Origin: Thermodesulfobacteriota bacterium
Lineage (GTDB): Bacteria; Desulfobacterota; BSN033; UBA1163
Assembly: GCA_030017685.1 (NCBI GenBank)
Contig: JASEHH010000008.1
Span: forward strand, 685-64,684
Length of the DNA stretch: 64,000 nucleotides
Direction: 5' to 3'
The notes beneath the pieces are model-generated. The model ran no database searches and was not told the DNA's origin. It worked only from the letters and a program-made list of their open reading frames with translations. Numbering within the stretch: position 1 is the first letter of the stretch; each line of letters starts with the position of its first letter. The position numbers were made by a program, and so were the translations under genes. Positions 7,925 to 17,668 of the stretch are shown here, in pieces.

Positions 7925-10852
7925 TTACGATGGTTTAAGACCTTCCTTTCTTTTAATTTCCTCAGGTAACAATTCGTCAGAGCGAGTAATCATTTTCACA
8001 ATATCAGCCACTATCTCTCTTTCTTCAACCTGAAGACTATAGTATCTCTGGATATCCTTACTATAAATGATCTCTATTGCCATAATGATTGGTTTCAAGA
8101 GTTCTCGATAATCGTCTCCTTTTAGTGTTATAATTTCATTCACTGCAGCCTTGATGAGCGAAATTTCTCCGGTGCTCGCTGTCTTCTTTAGGAATGTCAT
8201 TGTTAATTCAGCAATATTGTTAGCTTTCAGTTTATAGCTTTTACTATAGGCACTCTCGATCAATTTTCCTGCGTTTCCGCGATTACCAACTTTCAGTTCA
8301 TTGATCGCAATACTAAAACTGATATCTATAAGGTTTACAAGGGCATATTCATAATCTGGGTCAATTTTTATTGCTTTTTCAAGGGCTTGCAGTGCCTCCT
8401 CGTATCTGCTGAGATTTTCTAATGTTAATCCCTTATTTGTGAGCGCCCATTTATCATTTGGGTCGATTTCTAGTGCCTTATTAAAGACTTCCAATGCCTC
8501 CTCATACCTGCCTAATTTTGCCAAAGTAGATCCCTTGTGTGAAATGGTTTCTTCATTTTTAGAATTAATTTCCAATGCTTTATCAAAAATTTTTAAAGCA
8601 TCCTCATGCCGATGTAGCCCGCAACTTAAAACATGACCCTTTTGTGTAAGTAAGTCTATATCATTTGGGTTATTTTCTAAAGCACGGTTAAAAGTATCTA
8701 ATGCTTCCACGGATTTTCCCAAAAATACTAATGCGATACCCTTATAATACAATGTATAGTCGCAATTCGGTTCAATTTCTAGAGCCTTGTTGAAAGCCTC
8801 CAATCCTTCATCTTCTCTATTGAGATTAAATAACGCCAATCCTTTATTTGCTAAAGCACGATGGTCCTTTGGATCGATTTTAATAGATTCATTTAAAATT
8901 TCCAGTGCCTCTTCAAACCTGTCAATGTTTAATAAAACCTCTCCCTTATTAGCCAATGTATAGCTATCATTTGGATCGATTTCGAGAGCCTTATTGAAAG
9001 CTTCCAATGCCTCCTCATATCGGTTGAGGTTAACTAATGCAAAGCCTTTTCTTGATAAGGCATAAGCATCCATTGGATCGATTTTGAGAGCCTTATTGAA
9101 GGCTTCCAATGCATTCTCATATCGGTTGAGAGTTAACAACAAGGATCCTTTATTTTCTAGTGTAATGCCATCCGTTGGATCGATTTTGAGAGCCTTATTG
9201 AAAGCTTCCAATGCCTCCTCATATCGGTTAAGAATAAATAATGCAATGCCTTTTCCTGATAAGGCATAAGCATCCGTTGGATCGATTTCGAGAGCCTTAT
9301 TGAAGGCTTCCAATGCCTCATCATATCGATCAAGACTTTCTAACGCGTCACCTTTCCCTTTGAGAGCAAGTTCGTTTTTGGGATTAATTCCTAGAACCTT
9401 GTCGAAGGCTTCCAGTGCATTTTCATATCTTTCTTTAGAAAGAAGTAGGGATCCCTCATACAAGGTTATAATATTTTTTAATTTATCATTTTTAGTATCA
9501 GTTGCAGTTTCCTTAAGTTTCTGAATTTCATATTCAGCCTCATCCCACTCGCCAAGGGCTAGCAGTTTGGATGTAACTTTCAGTAGAGCATCTGGCTTAA
9601 ATTTAAGTGGTAAAGTTTCAGCATAGTAGCATATGTCTCTGATTGCAGTTCTTTCCCCAGCTTCAAGAAGTTCAAATTTTGCTTTAAAAAGTTCTCTCCG
9701 TTCGTCCGGGGTATACCAAAGTTGTAAGAACTCCATAAGAATCGAAACCCTTTTTCGGCCAAAAGGCTGCCTCATCTCCCTCCATAGCCGAAAGAGCCTT
9801 TCCCTCACTTCGTAATAGGTCCGTCTCCCAGTAGGCCTTGAGATAATATATCCATCCTTCTCCAATCTCCTAAGCTGCGTTGTTACAGTGGGGAGGTCGA
9901 TTCTGGCTTTATTTGAGATTTGTTTGGGAGTAATAGGTGCCCCAGCTGAGATGAGTATATCGAAAATTCTTCTTCGCTGCGTTGGTAAAATCTGAAATAT
10001 CTCTTGATAATAAGGGGTATGCTCATCAATTATTTTCAAAAAAGCTTTCTCTATATTCTCAAGTTCTCCTTTTGTGATCATCTCATAAAACAGTATAACA
10101 AGCCTTGGACTGCCACCTGTGAGATGAGCCATGCCGTGAATCCTCGGCTCATATTTTTTGAATTCTTCAATGAATTTATTATTTCCCTCTACTTCTGCAA
10201 TTTTTTGGATTAACTCCATTATCTCAGGAAGTGAAAACTCTCTAAGGTGTTGAACATCGAAAAAATTAAAAAAGGGTTCCTCATGGTCGGATATAGCTGG
10301 GAAAATCATTGGTGCGGTAGCTATAATAGAAAAGAAATTATGTTCTTGAAAGATGGACCTCAATTTTTGTAATTCCTCTGTATCTAGCTGTCTGAATAGT
10401 TCATGCAGGTTTTCAACAAAGATGACATACCCTTTCTTATCTCTTTTTGATATCTGTTTAAGCTTTTCTAATGCGGCATCAAGGATTTCATCTTCTTCCT
10501 TGGAAGAAAGAATATCTGAGGTCATTTCTGATTTCTCTTCTAATATTCTCAGTAAAAGGTCAGATGCACGGAAAACAGAATATTCTTCTTCGGCGAGTTT
10601 GATTGGGATCAGCAGGGAACCCAATTTATTCTGGATTTCAAAGTATAGCAAGACTAAGAAATGTGATTTCCCAATTCCCCTTGGTCCTACAATTAAATAG
10701 AATCTTGGAGTCTTTTTTCTTGCTGCATTTTCAATTTCCTTAAAGAGACTTTCGAGAAGCTTTTGTCTACCTACGAAAAGCTTCTCCAGGGTGGTTTTAT
10801 CCATGTTTTCTGGTGAAAATCTGTAAAAAATGATGTTACTCGATGTCGCCAT
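7925..10852 (-). CDS. STAND-like P-loop ATPase + winged helix + 11 TPR repeats
   Basis: LFVGR, Walker A GPRGIGKS, Walker B VIFVENL, LTGGSPR, wHTH (ITPKQIS..PTVTTQLRRLEKDGYI), then 11 TPRs of about 34 aa; AT-rich. Confidence 0.85.
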   Translation of the reverse strand: MATSSNIIFYRFSPENMDKTTLEKLFVGRQKLLESLFKEIENAARKKTPRFYLIVGPRGIGKSHFLVLLYFEIQNKLGSLLIPIKLAEEEYSVFRASDLLLRILEEKSEMTSDILSSKEEDEILDAALEKLKQISKRDKKGYVIFVENLHELFRQLDTEELQKLRSIFQEHNFFSIIATAPMIFPAISDHEEPFFNFFDVQHLREFSLPEIMELIQKIAEVEGNNKFIEEFKKYEPRIHGMAHLTGGSPRLVILFYEMITKGELENIEKAFLKIIDEHTPYYQEIFQILPTQRRRIFDILISAGAPITPKQISNKARIDLPTVTTQLRRLEKDGYIISRPTGRRTYYEVRERLFRLWREMRQPFGRKRVSILMEFLQLWYTPDERRELFKAKFELLEAGERTAIRDICYYAETLPLKFKPDALLKVTSKLLALGEWDEAEYEIQKLKETATDTKNDKLKNIITLYEGSLLLSKERYENALEAFDKVLGINPKNELALKGKGDALESLDRYDEALEAFNKALEIDPTDAYALSGKGIALFILNRYEEALEAFNKALKIDPTDGITLENKGSLLLTLNRYENALEAFNKALKIDPMDAYALSRKGFALVNLNRYEEALEAFNKALEIDPNDSYTLANKGEVLLNIDRFEEALEILNESIKIDPKDHRALANKGLALFNLNREDEGLEAFNKALEIEPNCDYTLYYKGIALVFLGKSVEALDTFNRALENNPNDIDLLTQKGHVLSCGLHRHEDALKIFDKALEINSKNEETISHKGSTLAKLGRYEEALEVFNKALEIDPNDKWALTNKGLTLENLSRYEEALQALEKAIKIDPDYEYALVNLIDISFSIAINELKVGNRGNAGKLIESAYSKSYKLKANNIAELTMTFLKKTASTGEISLIKAAVNEIITLKGDDYRELLKPIIMAIEIIYSKDIQRYYSLQVEEREIVADIVKMITRSDELLPEEIKRKEGLKPS
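8973..9330. repeat. 102-bp tandem DNA repeats encoding TPR units
   Basis: GGATCGATTTYGAGAGCCTTATTGAARGCTTCCAATGC recurs at 8973, 9075, 9177 and 9279. Confidence 0.9.
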
Positions 10853-12052
10853 AATATATCCTCCACCAGTCTCTGAGCATCTTCGAGTAAAATTTAAGCC
10901 CCCTTTTGGGGTCGTGTTCTATGTAAAAGTCATGGCTCAGGTCCGCTATTAAATCCATAAATTTCTCATAATCATCTTGGCCTGTTTCTTGTTTGAAAAT
11001 ACCAAAGGCAATATCAACCGGGAAGTATTCTTGGTTGCATACTTTCCTTAATATAGCTTTAGCGGCTTTTTCTTCCAATCCTGCCATTCCTGTATAGAAA
11101 ATTTTAAGTCTCTGGAAATAGTGCTCAAAATAATGTTTCCCTTCGTTACCAAGTATGCAAAAATTATAAACGGTTTCAATTAATTTCTCGTTAATTTCCT
11201 TACCCTTCAAAATTTTTTCTTCCTTTATTGCACTTAGCATCACGGCGATAAAATATGGTATGCAATCCTCTCCGATACAGTCCAATATTTTTTCTCCGAA
11301 AGGAATCTTGTACTTCCACCCTTCTTCCTTAAAAACTTTCTCAATAAGAGATAACGCTATCTCTGTCTGAAATCCACCTATTCTAAATCTCTTAAAATCG
11401 TTTATGGTGGTAACCCCGCCGACATCCCTTACAACACGATCTATGCTTACCGATCCTCCGGCAATAAACCTCAGGTTCCTGTTCAATTGCCTCAACTTCC
11501 TGAACCAATGCAAAAACTTCTCTGTTTTAGTCTTATCTGCTTTGCTCATATTCTTAATAGCAACCGGAAATTCATCGATGACGATATAGACTTCTGATGT
11601 TTCCTTTCCGATTATCTCAAAAATTTGTCTGGATCTTTCCATCCAATCTTTTTTTAAATCTTCCTCTATGTTTCTTCTCAACTTTACTTTGAACTCGGAT
11701 ATTCCAATTTCTTCTATATTTTCTCTGATATTTTCTTTGATCCATTTAGTGCCTTTTCTTAAAGCATGAAAAAGTTTGGTCTTCTTTCTGATTCTTTCAT
11801 TTTCAATCAGAGCCATAATAATCTCAGTGAGGAAGCGTTGAGGGGAGTAAACGTCTTCCACTTCGAGGAAAACACTTGTTTTATCCTTGCCCAACAGCTC
11901 TTTTTCCACCCCTCGCATGATAGAGGTCTTTCCAAACCTACGTGGTGCGATTAAAAGAACACTATCCTTGTCAACCATTGAAATTATTTGAGAAATTCAT
12001 ATTCACGGTCAAAAAAATCATCTCCAACTGCTGGGCTGCCTACTGGTATCAT
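10836..12052 (-). pseudogene. P-loop ATPase (archaeal-ATPase/STAND-like); one frameshift near 11995 (real or assembly error)
   Basis: RBS AAGGAGA, then ATG 12052 MIPVGSPAVGDDFFDREYE, stop soon after; a -1 shift continues ISQIISMVDKDSVLLIAPRRFGKTS (Walker A)...IVIDEFP (Walker B). Track ORF 10836..11978 is the downstream part. Confidence 0.75.
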
Positions 12053-12068
12053 GGTTGTCTCCTTACAG

Positions 12069-12119
12069 TTTTGTTATATAACTATTTTGTTATATAATCA
12101 ATCTGTTTTAAAATGTCAA
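12069..12119 (-). promoter_or_regulatory. Sigma70-like promoter with tandem operator-like repeat, upstream of the ATPase pair
   Basis: Minus strand TTGACA-17 nt-TATATA; TTTTGTTATATAA at 12069-12081 and 12085-12097. Confidence 0.55.
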
Positions 12120-12273
12120 GAGAAATTTTAAGGTCTCTTTCAAGATAAGCCTCACTTTTTCTTTAGAAAGCAACCCCTTCCCTTAAGTAGAAAAGAACAA
12201 GAAAGATGGAGGTAGCATGATATTGTGAGGAAGCCTTGACACTTCAACGATTTTAAGAGAAAAATAAGTAAAT

Positions 12274-15200
12274 ATGGCAGATTGGATAAAGGAAAAACCC
12301 CCTTCTATTTCAGTATGGTTTGACTCAGAACCCTGGAAGAAGTGGAAGCGGATCGGTCTGACCGGATTGAAGGGATCCTCCAGGGCCTATCTCTTATCCC
12401 GGTGGAAAGAGAAGGTGAGAGGTCCTATTCTGGTCATTACGCCTCACCTCCGTGACGCCGAATTCCTCCTCGAAGACTTCCGCTTTTTTCAGAGGGAAGG
12501 CAGCGGGATCGCCTGTCTCTTTCCTCAGTGGGAGACACTTCCCTATGATGAGATCCCTCCCCATCCGGAGAGCATCCGGGAGAGGGTAAATTGCCTCTTC
12601 ACGCTCATGAGGGATGAAGGTCCGGTTATCTTCTCCTCGGTAAAAGCCCTGATGCAAAGGGTTCTCCTCTCTTCGGACTTAAGGAGATTGACCTATACCC
12701 TTACGAAGGGAGAAGAGGTTGAACGGGACCGCCTCGTCCATTTTCTTCATGAAGGCGGATATGCTTCCGCAAGGATCGTTGAAAAGAGGAGTGATTTCAG
12801 CCTTCGGGGAGCGATCATCGATATCTTTAGCCCGCTTTATGAGGAACCCCTCCGGCTCGAATTCGATGGAGACCGGCTGGAATCGATCCGGAGGTTTGAT
12901 GTTGAAAGCCAGCGGTCGATCAGAGGGGCTGAGATGGAGAAGGCCACTCTTCTGCCTGTCAGAGATATTTCAAGAGATCCCTCTGCTCAGACCATGGCCA
13001 CCCTCTTTGACTACCTTAAGAAAGGGGGATGGGTTTTTATCGTTGAAGGGGAAGAGGTGGAGAGGGAGGCAGAGGCCTTCTCCCATATGGCCGAAGCCCA
13101 TTATGAGAAGGTCCGGGTTAAGAAAGGCTCTGTTCCTCTGCCCGATTCGCTTTACCTCCGTTCTGAGGATCTCCTCAACGTTCTCGGAAGATTTCAAACG
13201 GTCTTTCTCCAGGAAGGCCCTGTTGCTCCTCCCCGATGTGAGCGCATTTATCCATTGGATGTGGAGAGCAACGAAGATCTTCAGAGGGAGATCAAATCGA
13301 TCTTTCAAACAGAAGAGCGTTCGACCGAAGGTTCACCCTTGTCCATTCTCCTGAAACACCTTCGCCACTGGCAGAGAGAGGGAAAGGGCGTCTTCATCGT
13401 CTCCCATACCACGGGCCAGGCTGAAAGGATGAGGGACCTTCTTTCCCACTACGAGATCGCCTCCCGCCTTGAACGGGGGAAGAGGTTCGGTGAGGTGATA
13501 GAAGAAAGAGGAATGATCACACTCCTCATCGGGCTGCTCTCCTCCGGGTTTCGAGCCTTTGAAGAGGGCTGGGTTCTCTTGACAGAAGAGGAGATCTTCG
13601 GAGAGAGAAGAAGGCTCAAGGAGGAGAAACCGGGGAAACGTCTGCCGAAAGGGGAAGGCGCTCCTCTTTCCTCCTATGGCGAACTCCGTGAGAACGATTT
13701 TATCGTCCACACAGACTATGGCATCGGCCTCTACAGGGGGCTGAGACACCTGAAGATCGGGACCGTTTCAAACGACTACCTCCTCCTGGAGTATCTCGAT
13801 GCGGATAAGCTCTATGTTCCTGTGGACCGGCTCAATCTCATTCAGCGTTTCATCGGAGGCGACGGAAACCATCCCCGGCTCGATAAATTGGGGGGTCGCT
13901 CCTGGCAGAGGGCGAAGAAGAGGGCGAAGGACGCCATCTCGGAGATGGTCAAAGAGATTCTCGACCTCTATGCCGCGAGAGAGGCTTTCAAGGGAATGAC
14001 CTTTGCTCCGGTTGATCAATTCTACAGGGAGTTTGAAGCGACCTTTCAATACGAGGAGACACCCGATCAGATCAGGGCCATCGAAGAGGTGATGAACGAT
14101 ATGGGAAACCCGAGGCCCATGGACCGGTTGGTCTGCGGGGATGTGGGATTTGGAAAGACCGAAGTCGCCCTCCGGGCGGCCTACCGCGCCGTGATGGATG
14201 GAAGACAGGTTGCGTTCCTGGTTCCCACCACTGTTCTGGCCCAGCAGCACCACCAGACCTTTTGTGACCGGTTCAAGAATTATCCGGTCGTCATCGAGAT
14301 GTTGAGCCGGTTTAAAAGCCCCCGGGATCAGAAGAAGATCCTTCAGCGGCTGAGAGACGGGAAGGTGGACATCATCATCGGGACGCACCGGCTCCTCCAG
14401 AAGGATGTCTCCTTTCATGATCTGGGTCTGGTGGTCGTCGATGAGGAGCACCGATTCGGCGTGAGCCACAAAGAGAAACTGAAACAGATGAGGAAAATGG
14501 TCGATGTGATCACCCTGACGGCCACACCCATCCCGAGAACGCTCCAGCTGGCCGTCTCCGGGATCCGTGATCTCAGCCTCATTCAGACCCCTCCTGAAAA
14601 CCGCCTTTCGATCCGCACCTTCGTGACCCGCTATGAGGATGAGATCGTCCGGGAGGCGGTTCTGAGAGAGCTTGCCCGCGGAGGACAGGTCTTCTTTGTC
14701 CACCATCGCGTCCAGAATATCTATTCGATGGCCGCACATCTCAGAAAGCTTGTTCCCGAGGCGCGGCTGGCCATTGCCCATGGTCAGATGAAGGAGAGGG
14801 AACTGGAGGAGGTGATGCTCCAGTTTGTGAGGGGAGAACATAACCTTCTGGTCTGCACGAGCATCATCGAGTCCGGCCTGGACATCCCGGCGGCCAATAC
14901 GATCCTGATCAACCATGCCGAGCGCTTCGGCCTTGCGGATCTCTACCAGCTACGGGGACGGGTGGGACGGGGAAGGCATCAGGCCTATGCCTATCTTCTC
15001 ATCCCCTCAGACCTCTCCCTTTCGAGGGATGCGGCAAAAAGGTTCCGGGCGATTCAGGAGTTGAGTGAATTAGGATCCGGATTCAAACTGGCCCTCCAGG
15101 ATATGGAGATCAGGGGGGCGGGAAATCTTCTCGGCCGTTCCCAATCCGGACATATTTCCGCCGTGGGGCTCGAATATTACACCCAGTTGATGGAGAAGGC

Positions 15201-15672
15201 GGTCAGAGAGTTGAGGGGAGAGGAAGTGATCGAAGAGATCACACCGGAGATTCATTTCCATCTTCCCGCCTTCATTCCCGAGAAGTATGTGGAGGACCCG
15301 GAAGAACGGCTGCGCCTCTATCGGAGGCTTTCACATTCCCGCTCGGATGAAGCGGTGGAGATGATCCGGGGAGAACTGGCGGATCGCTTCGGTAAGATTC
15401 CGGAGGAAGCGGGCCATCTCTTTGAAGTGATCAAGGTGAAGATCCTCCTGACGAAGCTTTCCATCCGGAAGTTCGACGAGACCCCCTCGCAAATGGTTTT
15501 GACCTTCGATGAAACGACACGGATCTCTCCTCAGAGAGTGGTCGAATGGGTCCAGCAGGGAGAGGGGAGATATCGACTCACCCCTGACTCCAGGTTGGTC
15601 GTTGAAGGGTGGCCGGGGATGAAGAAGAACCCCTTTGAGGCGGCGAGAAAGCTATTGCAAGCACTGGCCTGA
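12274..15672 (+). CDS. mfd: Transcription-repair coupling factor
   Basis: UvrB-like N-terminus, RID (VHTDYGIG), CGDVGFGKTEVA, DEEHRFGV, TATPIPRTL, QLRGRVGR, TRG region. Confidence 0.97.
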   Translation: MADWIKEKPPSISVWFDSEPWKKWKRIGLTGLKGSSRAYLLSRWKEKVRGPILVITPHLRDAEFLLEDFRFFQREGSGIACLFPQWETLPYDEIPPHPESIRERVNCLFTLMRDEGPVIFSSVKALMQRVLLSSDLRRLTYTLTKGEEVERDRLVHFLHEGGYASARIVEKRSDFSLRGAIIDIFSPLYEEPLRLEFDGDRLESIRRFDVESQRSIRGAEMEKATLLPVRDISRDPSAQTMATLFDYLKKGGWVFIVEGEEVEREAEAFSHMAEAHYEKVRVKKGSVPLPDSLYLRSEDLLNVLGRFQTVFLQEGPVAPPRCERIYPLDVESNEDLQREIKSIFQTEERSTEGSPLSILLKHLRHWQREGKGVFIVSHTTGQAERMRDLLSHYEIASRLERGKRFGEVIEERGMITLLIGLLSSGFRAFEEGWVLLTEEEIFGERRRLKEEKPGKRLPKGEGAPLSSYGELRENDFIVHTDYGIGLYRGLRHLKIGTVSNDYLLLEYLDADKLYVPVDRLNLIQRFIGGDGNHPRLDKLGGRSWQRAKKRAKDAISEMVKEILDLYAAREAFKGMTFAPVDQFYREFEATFQYEETPDQIRAIEEVMNDMGNPRPMDRLVCGDVGFGKTEVALRAAYRAVMDGRQVAFLVPTTVLAQQHHQTFCDRFKNYPVVIEMLSRFKSPRDQKKILQRLRDGKVDIIIGTHRLLQKDVSFHDLGLVVVDEEHRFGVSHKEKLKQMRKMVDVITLTATPIPRTLQLAVSGIRDLSLIQTPPENRLSIRTFVTRYEDEIVREAVLRELARGGQVFFVHHRVQNIYSMAAHLRKLVPEARLAIAHGQMKERELEEVMLQFVRGEHNLLVCTSIIESGLDIPAANTILINHAERFGLADLYQLRGRVGRGRHQAYAYLLIPSDLSLSRDAAKRFRAIQELSELGSGFKLALQDMEIRGAGNLLGRSQSGHISAVGLEYYTQLMEKAVRELRGEEVIEEITPEIHFHLPAFIPEKYVEDPEERLRLYRRLSHSRSDEAVEMIRGELADRFGKIPEEAGHLFEVIKVKILLTKLSIRKFDETPSQMVLTFDETTRISPQRVVEWVQQGEGRYRLTPDSRLVVEGWPGMKKNPFEAARKLLQALA

Positions 15673-15729
15673 TGTGGTAGATTTGCGTAGAAAATAAAGA
15701 TTCCGTCTAAAAGCATAGGTTAAGGTTAC

Positions 15730-15806
15730 GGTAACGAGGCCCGCCCTGTACCATGCTAGGTTCAGGGCGGGCCTCGTTACCCTTACCGTTAGACTTTTAT
15801 TTTCTA
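15730..15806. repeat. Palindromic repeat family B (19-bp perfect stem; possible terminator after mfd)
   Basis: GGTAACGAGGCCCGCCCTG-14 nt-CAGGGCGGGCCTCGTTACC; tail shared with the copy at 41809-41927. Confidence 0.75.
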
Positions 15807-15836
15807 GGCAATGCATCGCACTTTCTGGGAGGGAGG

Positions 15837-16739
15837 ATGATGAAAAAGATAATCATTTTCATCTTCGGTGTCTTTCTCTTATTGAACACCTCGAGTTGCG
15901 GGAAGTCAGGGAAGGAGGAGTTGGGCAGAAAGGAACTGGCGAGGATCAATGCTCTCTCCATCTCTCTCGAAGAATTTCGCCAGATGTCGGAGAAACAGCC
16001 CCTTGAGGGAAAGATGAGACTCCTTGATGAAAAGGGGATGAGAGATTTTCTTGAGAATTATATCATCACCCGGGAGGTGCTTTATCAGGAGGCGAAAAAG
16101 AAGGGTTTCGACAAGAGCAAAGAGATCCTGGCCAAAGTGGAAGATTTCAGAAGGGCAATGATCATCGATGGACTCATTGAGGAGGTGTTGAAGGGAAAAA
16201 GCGAGGCCACCGAAGACGAGATCCAGCGGTACTATAAGGAGAATAAATTACTCTTTACTGAACCCCTTGAGGTGAAGATTCGACACATCGTGGTCAACTC
16301 CGAACCCGTGCTCAAGGAGGTGTTGACGAGGCTCTCCAAGGGAGAGAATTTTGAGAAGTTAGCCTCCACTTACAATATTGACCGGACACGGGAGGATGGT
16401 GGAAGCCTCGGCTATATCCGGAGGGGACAGATGGCTCCCTCCTTTGCTCAATTTGAGGAGGCCGCTTTTTCACTGGTGAAGAAAGGGGATATGAGCGAGG
16501 TCGTGAGAACGCCCTATGGATACCACATCATCCAGATGGAAGAGATGCGGGGGGCCAGCCTGAGGCCATTCGAACAGGTGAAGGAGAAGATTCGGTTTTT
16601 CCTTCAAGCAAAGAAAAAGCAGGAGGCTTACATCGAATATGTGAAAGAGGCGAAATCGAAGGCTAAAATCCTGATCAATGAGAAGTTATGGGCCGAAGAA
16701 GAGAAGAAGGGAGGAAAAACAAAGGAAGAGAAAAAATGA
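15837..16739 (+). CDS. PpiC/parvulin-type peptidyl-prolyl isomerase (lipoprotein)
   Basis: Signal peptide ending ..TSSC, IRHIVV, GENFEKLA, GGSLGY, RTPYGYHII; RBS GGAGG. Confidence 0.88.
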   Translation: MMKKIIIFIFGVFLLLNTSSCGKSGKEELGRKELARINALSISLEEFRQMSEKQPLEGKMRLLDEKGMRDFLENYIITREVLYQEAKKKGFDKSKEILAKVEDFRRAMIIDGLIEEVLKGKSEATEDEIQRYYKENKLLFTEPLEVKIRHIVVNSEPVLKEVLTRLSKGENFEKLASTYNIDRTREDGGSLGYIRRGQMAPSFAQFEEAAFSLVKKGDMSEVVRTPYGYHIIQMEEMRGASLRPFEQVKEKIRFFLQAKKKQEAYIEYVKEAKSKAKILINEKLWAEEEKKGGKTKEEKK

Positions 16740-17668
16740 GTAGGTTCCTTTTCCATCTCTGTTTACCTCTCATCCTCCTTTTATTTCCGGGATGCGGGTT
16801 GTGGGAGGGAGGGCTTCCAGAGCATATTATTGCGCGAATCGATCGTGAAGAGATTACAATCGATGAATTCAACCAGGAATTTAAAGAGCTGGTCACCGAT
16901 CAGAACCGGGAAGGGAGCCGATCAGAATTAAGAGAGGTTAAAGAAGCCTATCTCAATCAGATGATCGAACGGAAGATCCTGGCACAGGAGGCCAGGCGAT
17001 TGGGAATTCGGGTCTCCGCAGAGGAATTGAGCCAGGCCATCCTTGAGATCAAAAAGGACTACCCCGGAGAGGGATTCGGGGAGAAATTGGGCCTCACGGG
17101 GATGAGCCTGGAGAAGTGGAAAGTTCGCCTGGAGGAGAAGTTACTGGCGGAGAAGATGGTCCGGGGCAGCCACCCATATAAGGGAAAGATTGAGGAGAAG
17201 TCGGCCCGAGAGTTCTATGAGACCCATCGCTCCTTATTTCAACTTCCGCGAAGGGTGAGGGTCCGTCAGATCGTTGTGACGGATGGAAATGAGGCGATCC
17301 AGATCCAGAAGCGGTTGAAGAAGGGGGAAAGTTTTGAAAGACTGGCAAAGGAAAAGTCGCTGGGACCTGAAAAGGTCCAGGGAGGCGACCTGGGCTATTT
17401 CAGCGAGGGAGAGAGACCTGCGGAATTTGATCATGTCTTCTCCATGGAGGTGGGCGCCATCAGTGAAGTGATCAAGAGTCCTTATGGCTATCACCTTTTC
17501 AAATTAGAGGAGAAGTCGGAGCCCCGGGAGATCTCTTTTGAAGAGGCGAAAAAGAGCATTCTTCAGAGGCTTGAGCGGGAGAAGGGAGAGGAGGAATATC
17601 AAAGGTGGTTCAAAGATCTAAGAGAGAAAGCAAAGGTGAAGGTCAACAGAAAGTGGTTGAGATCATGA
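16736..17668 (+). CDS. PpiC/parvulin-type peptidyl-prolyl isomerase (PrsA/SurA-like)
   Basis: ATGA overlap with the upstream gene; VRQIVV, GGDLGYF, KSPYGYHLF. Confidence 0.88.
   Translation: MSRFLFHLCLPLILLLFPGCGLWEGGLPEHIIARIDREEITIDEFNQEFKELVTDQNREGSRSELREVKEAYLNQMIERKILAQEARRLGIRVSAEELSQAILEIKKDYPGEGFGEKLGLTGMSLEKWKVRLEEKLLAEKMVRGSHPYKGKIEEKSAREFYETHRSLFQLPRRVRVRQIVVTDGNEAIQIQKRLKKGESFERLAKEKSLGPEKVQGGDLGYFSEGERPAEFDHVFSMEVGAISEVIKSPYGYHLFKLEEKSEPREISFEEAKKSILQRLEREKGEEEYQRWFKDLREKAKVKVNRKWLRS

Noticed and set aside
8973-9330. Regularly spaced repeats resembling a CRISPR array or DGR template/variable repeats
   Set aside because: The period is 102 bp = 34 codons inside an open TPR frame; no cas or reverse transcriptase gene in the window.
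13768-14916. 382-aa minus-strand ORF
   Set aside because: Antisense shadow of mfd; no recognisable motifs.
15753-15836. N-terminal extensions in the ORF track (also 18551, 21344, 45717, 55851)
   Set aside because: They run through repeat DNA; downstream starts have better RBS or family-typical N-termini.
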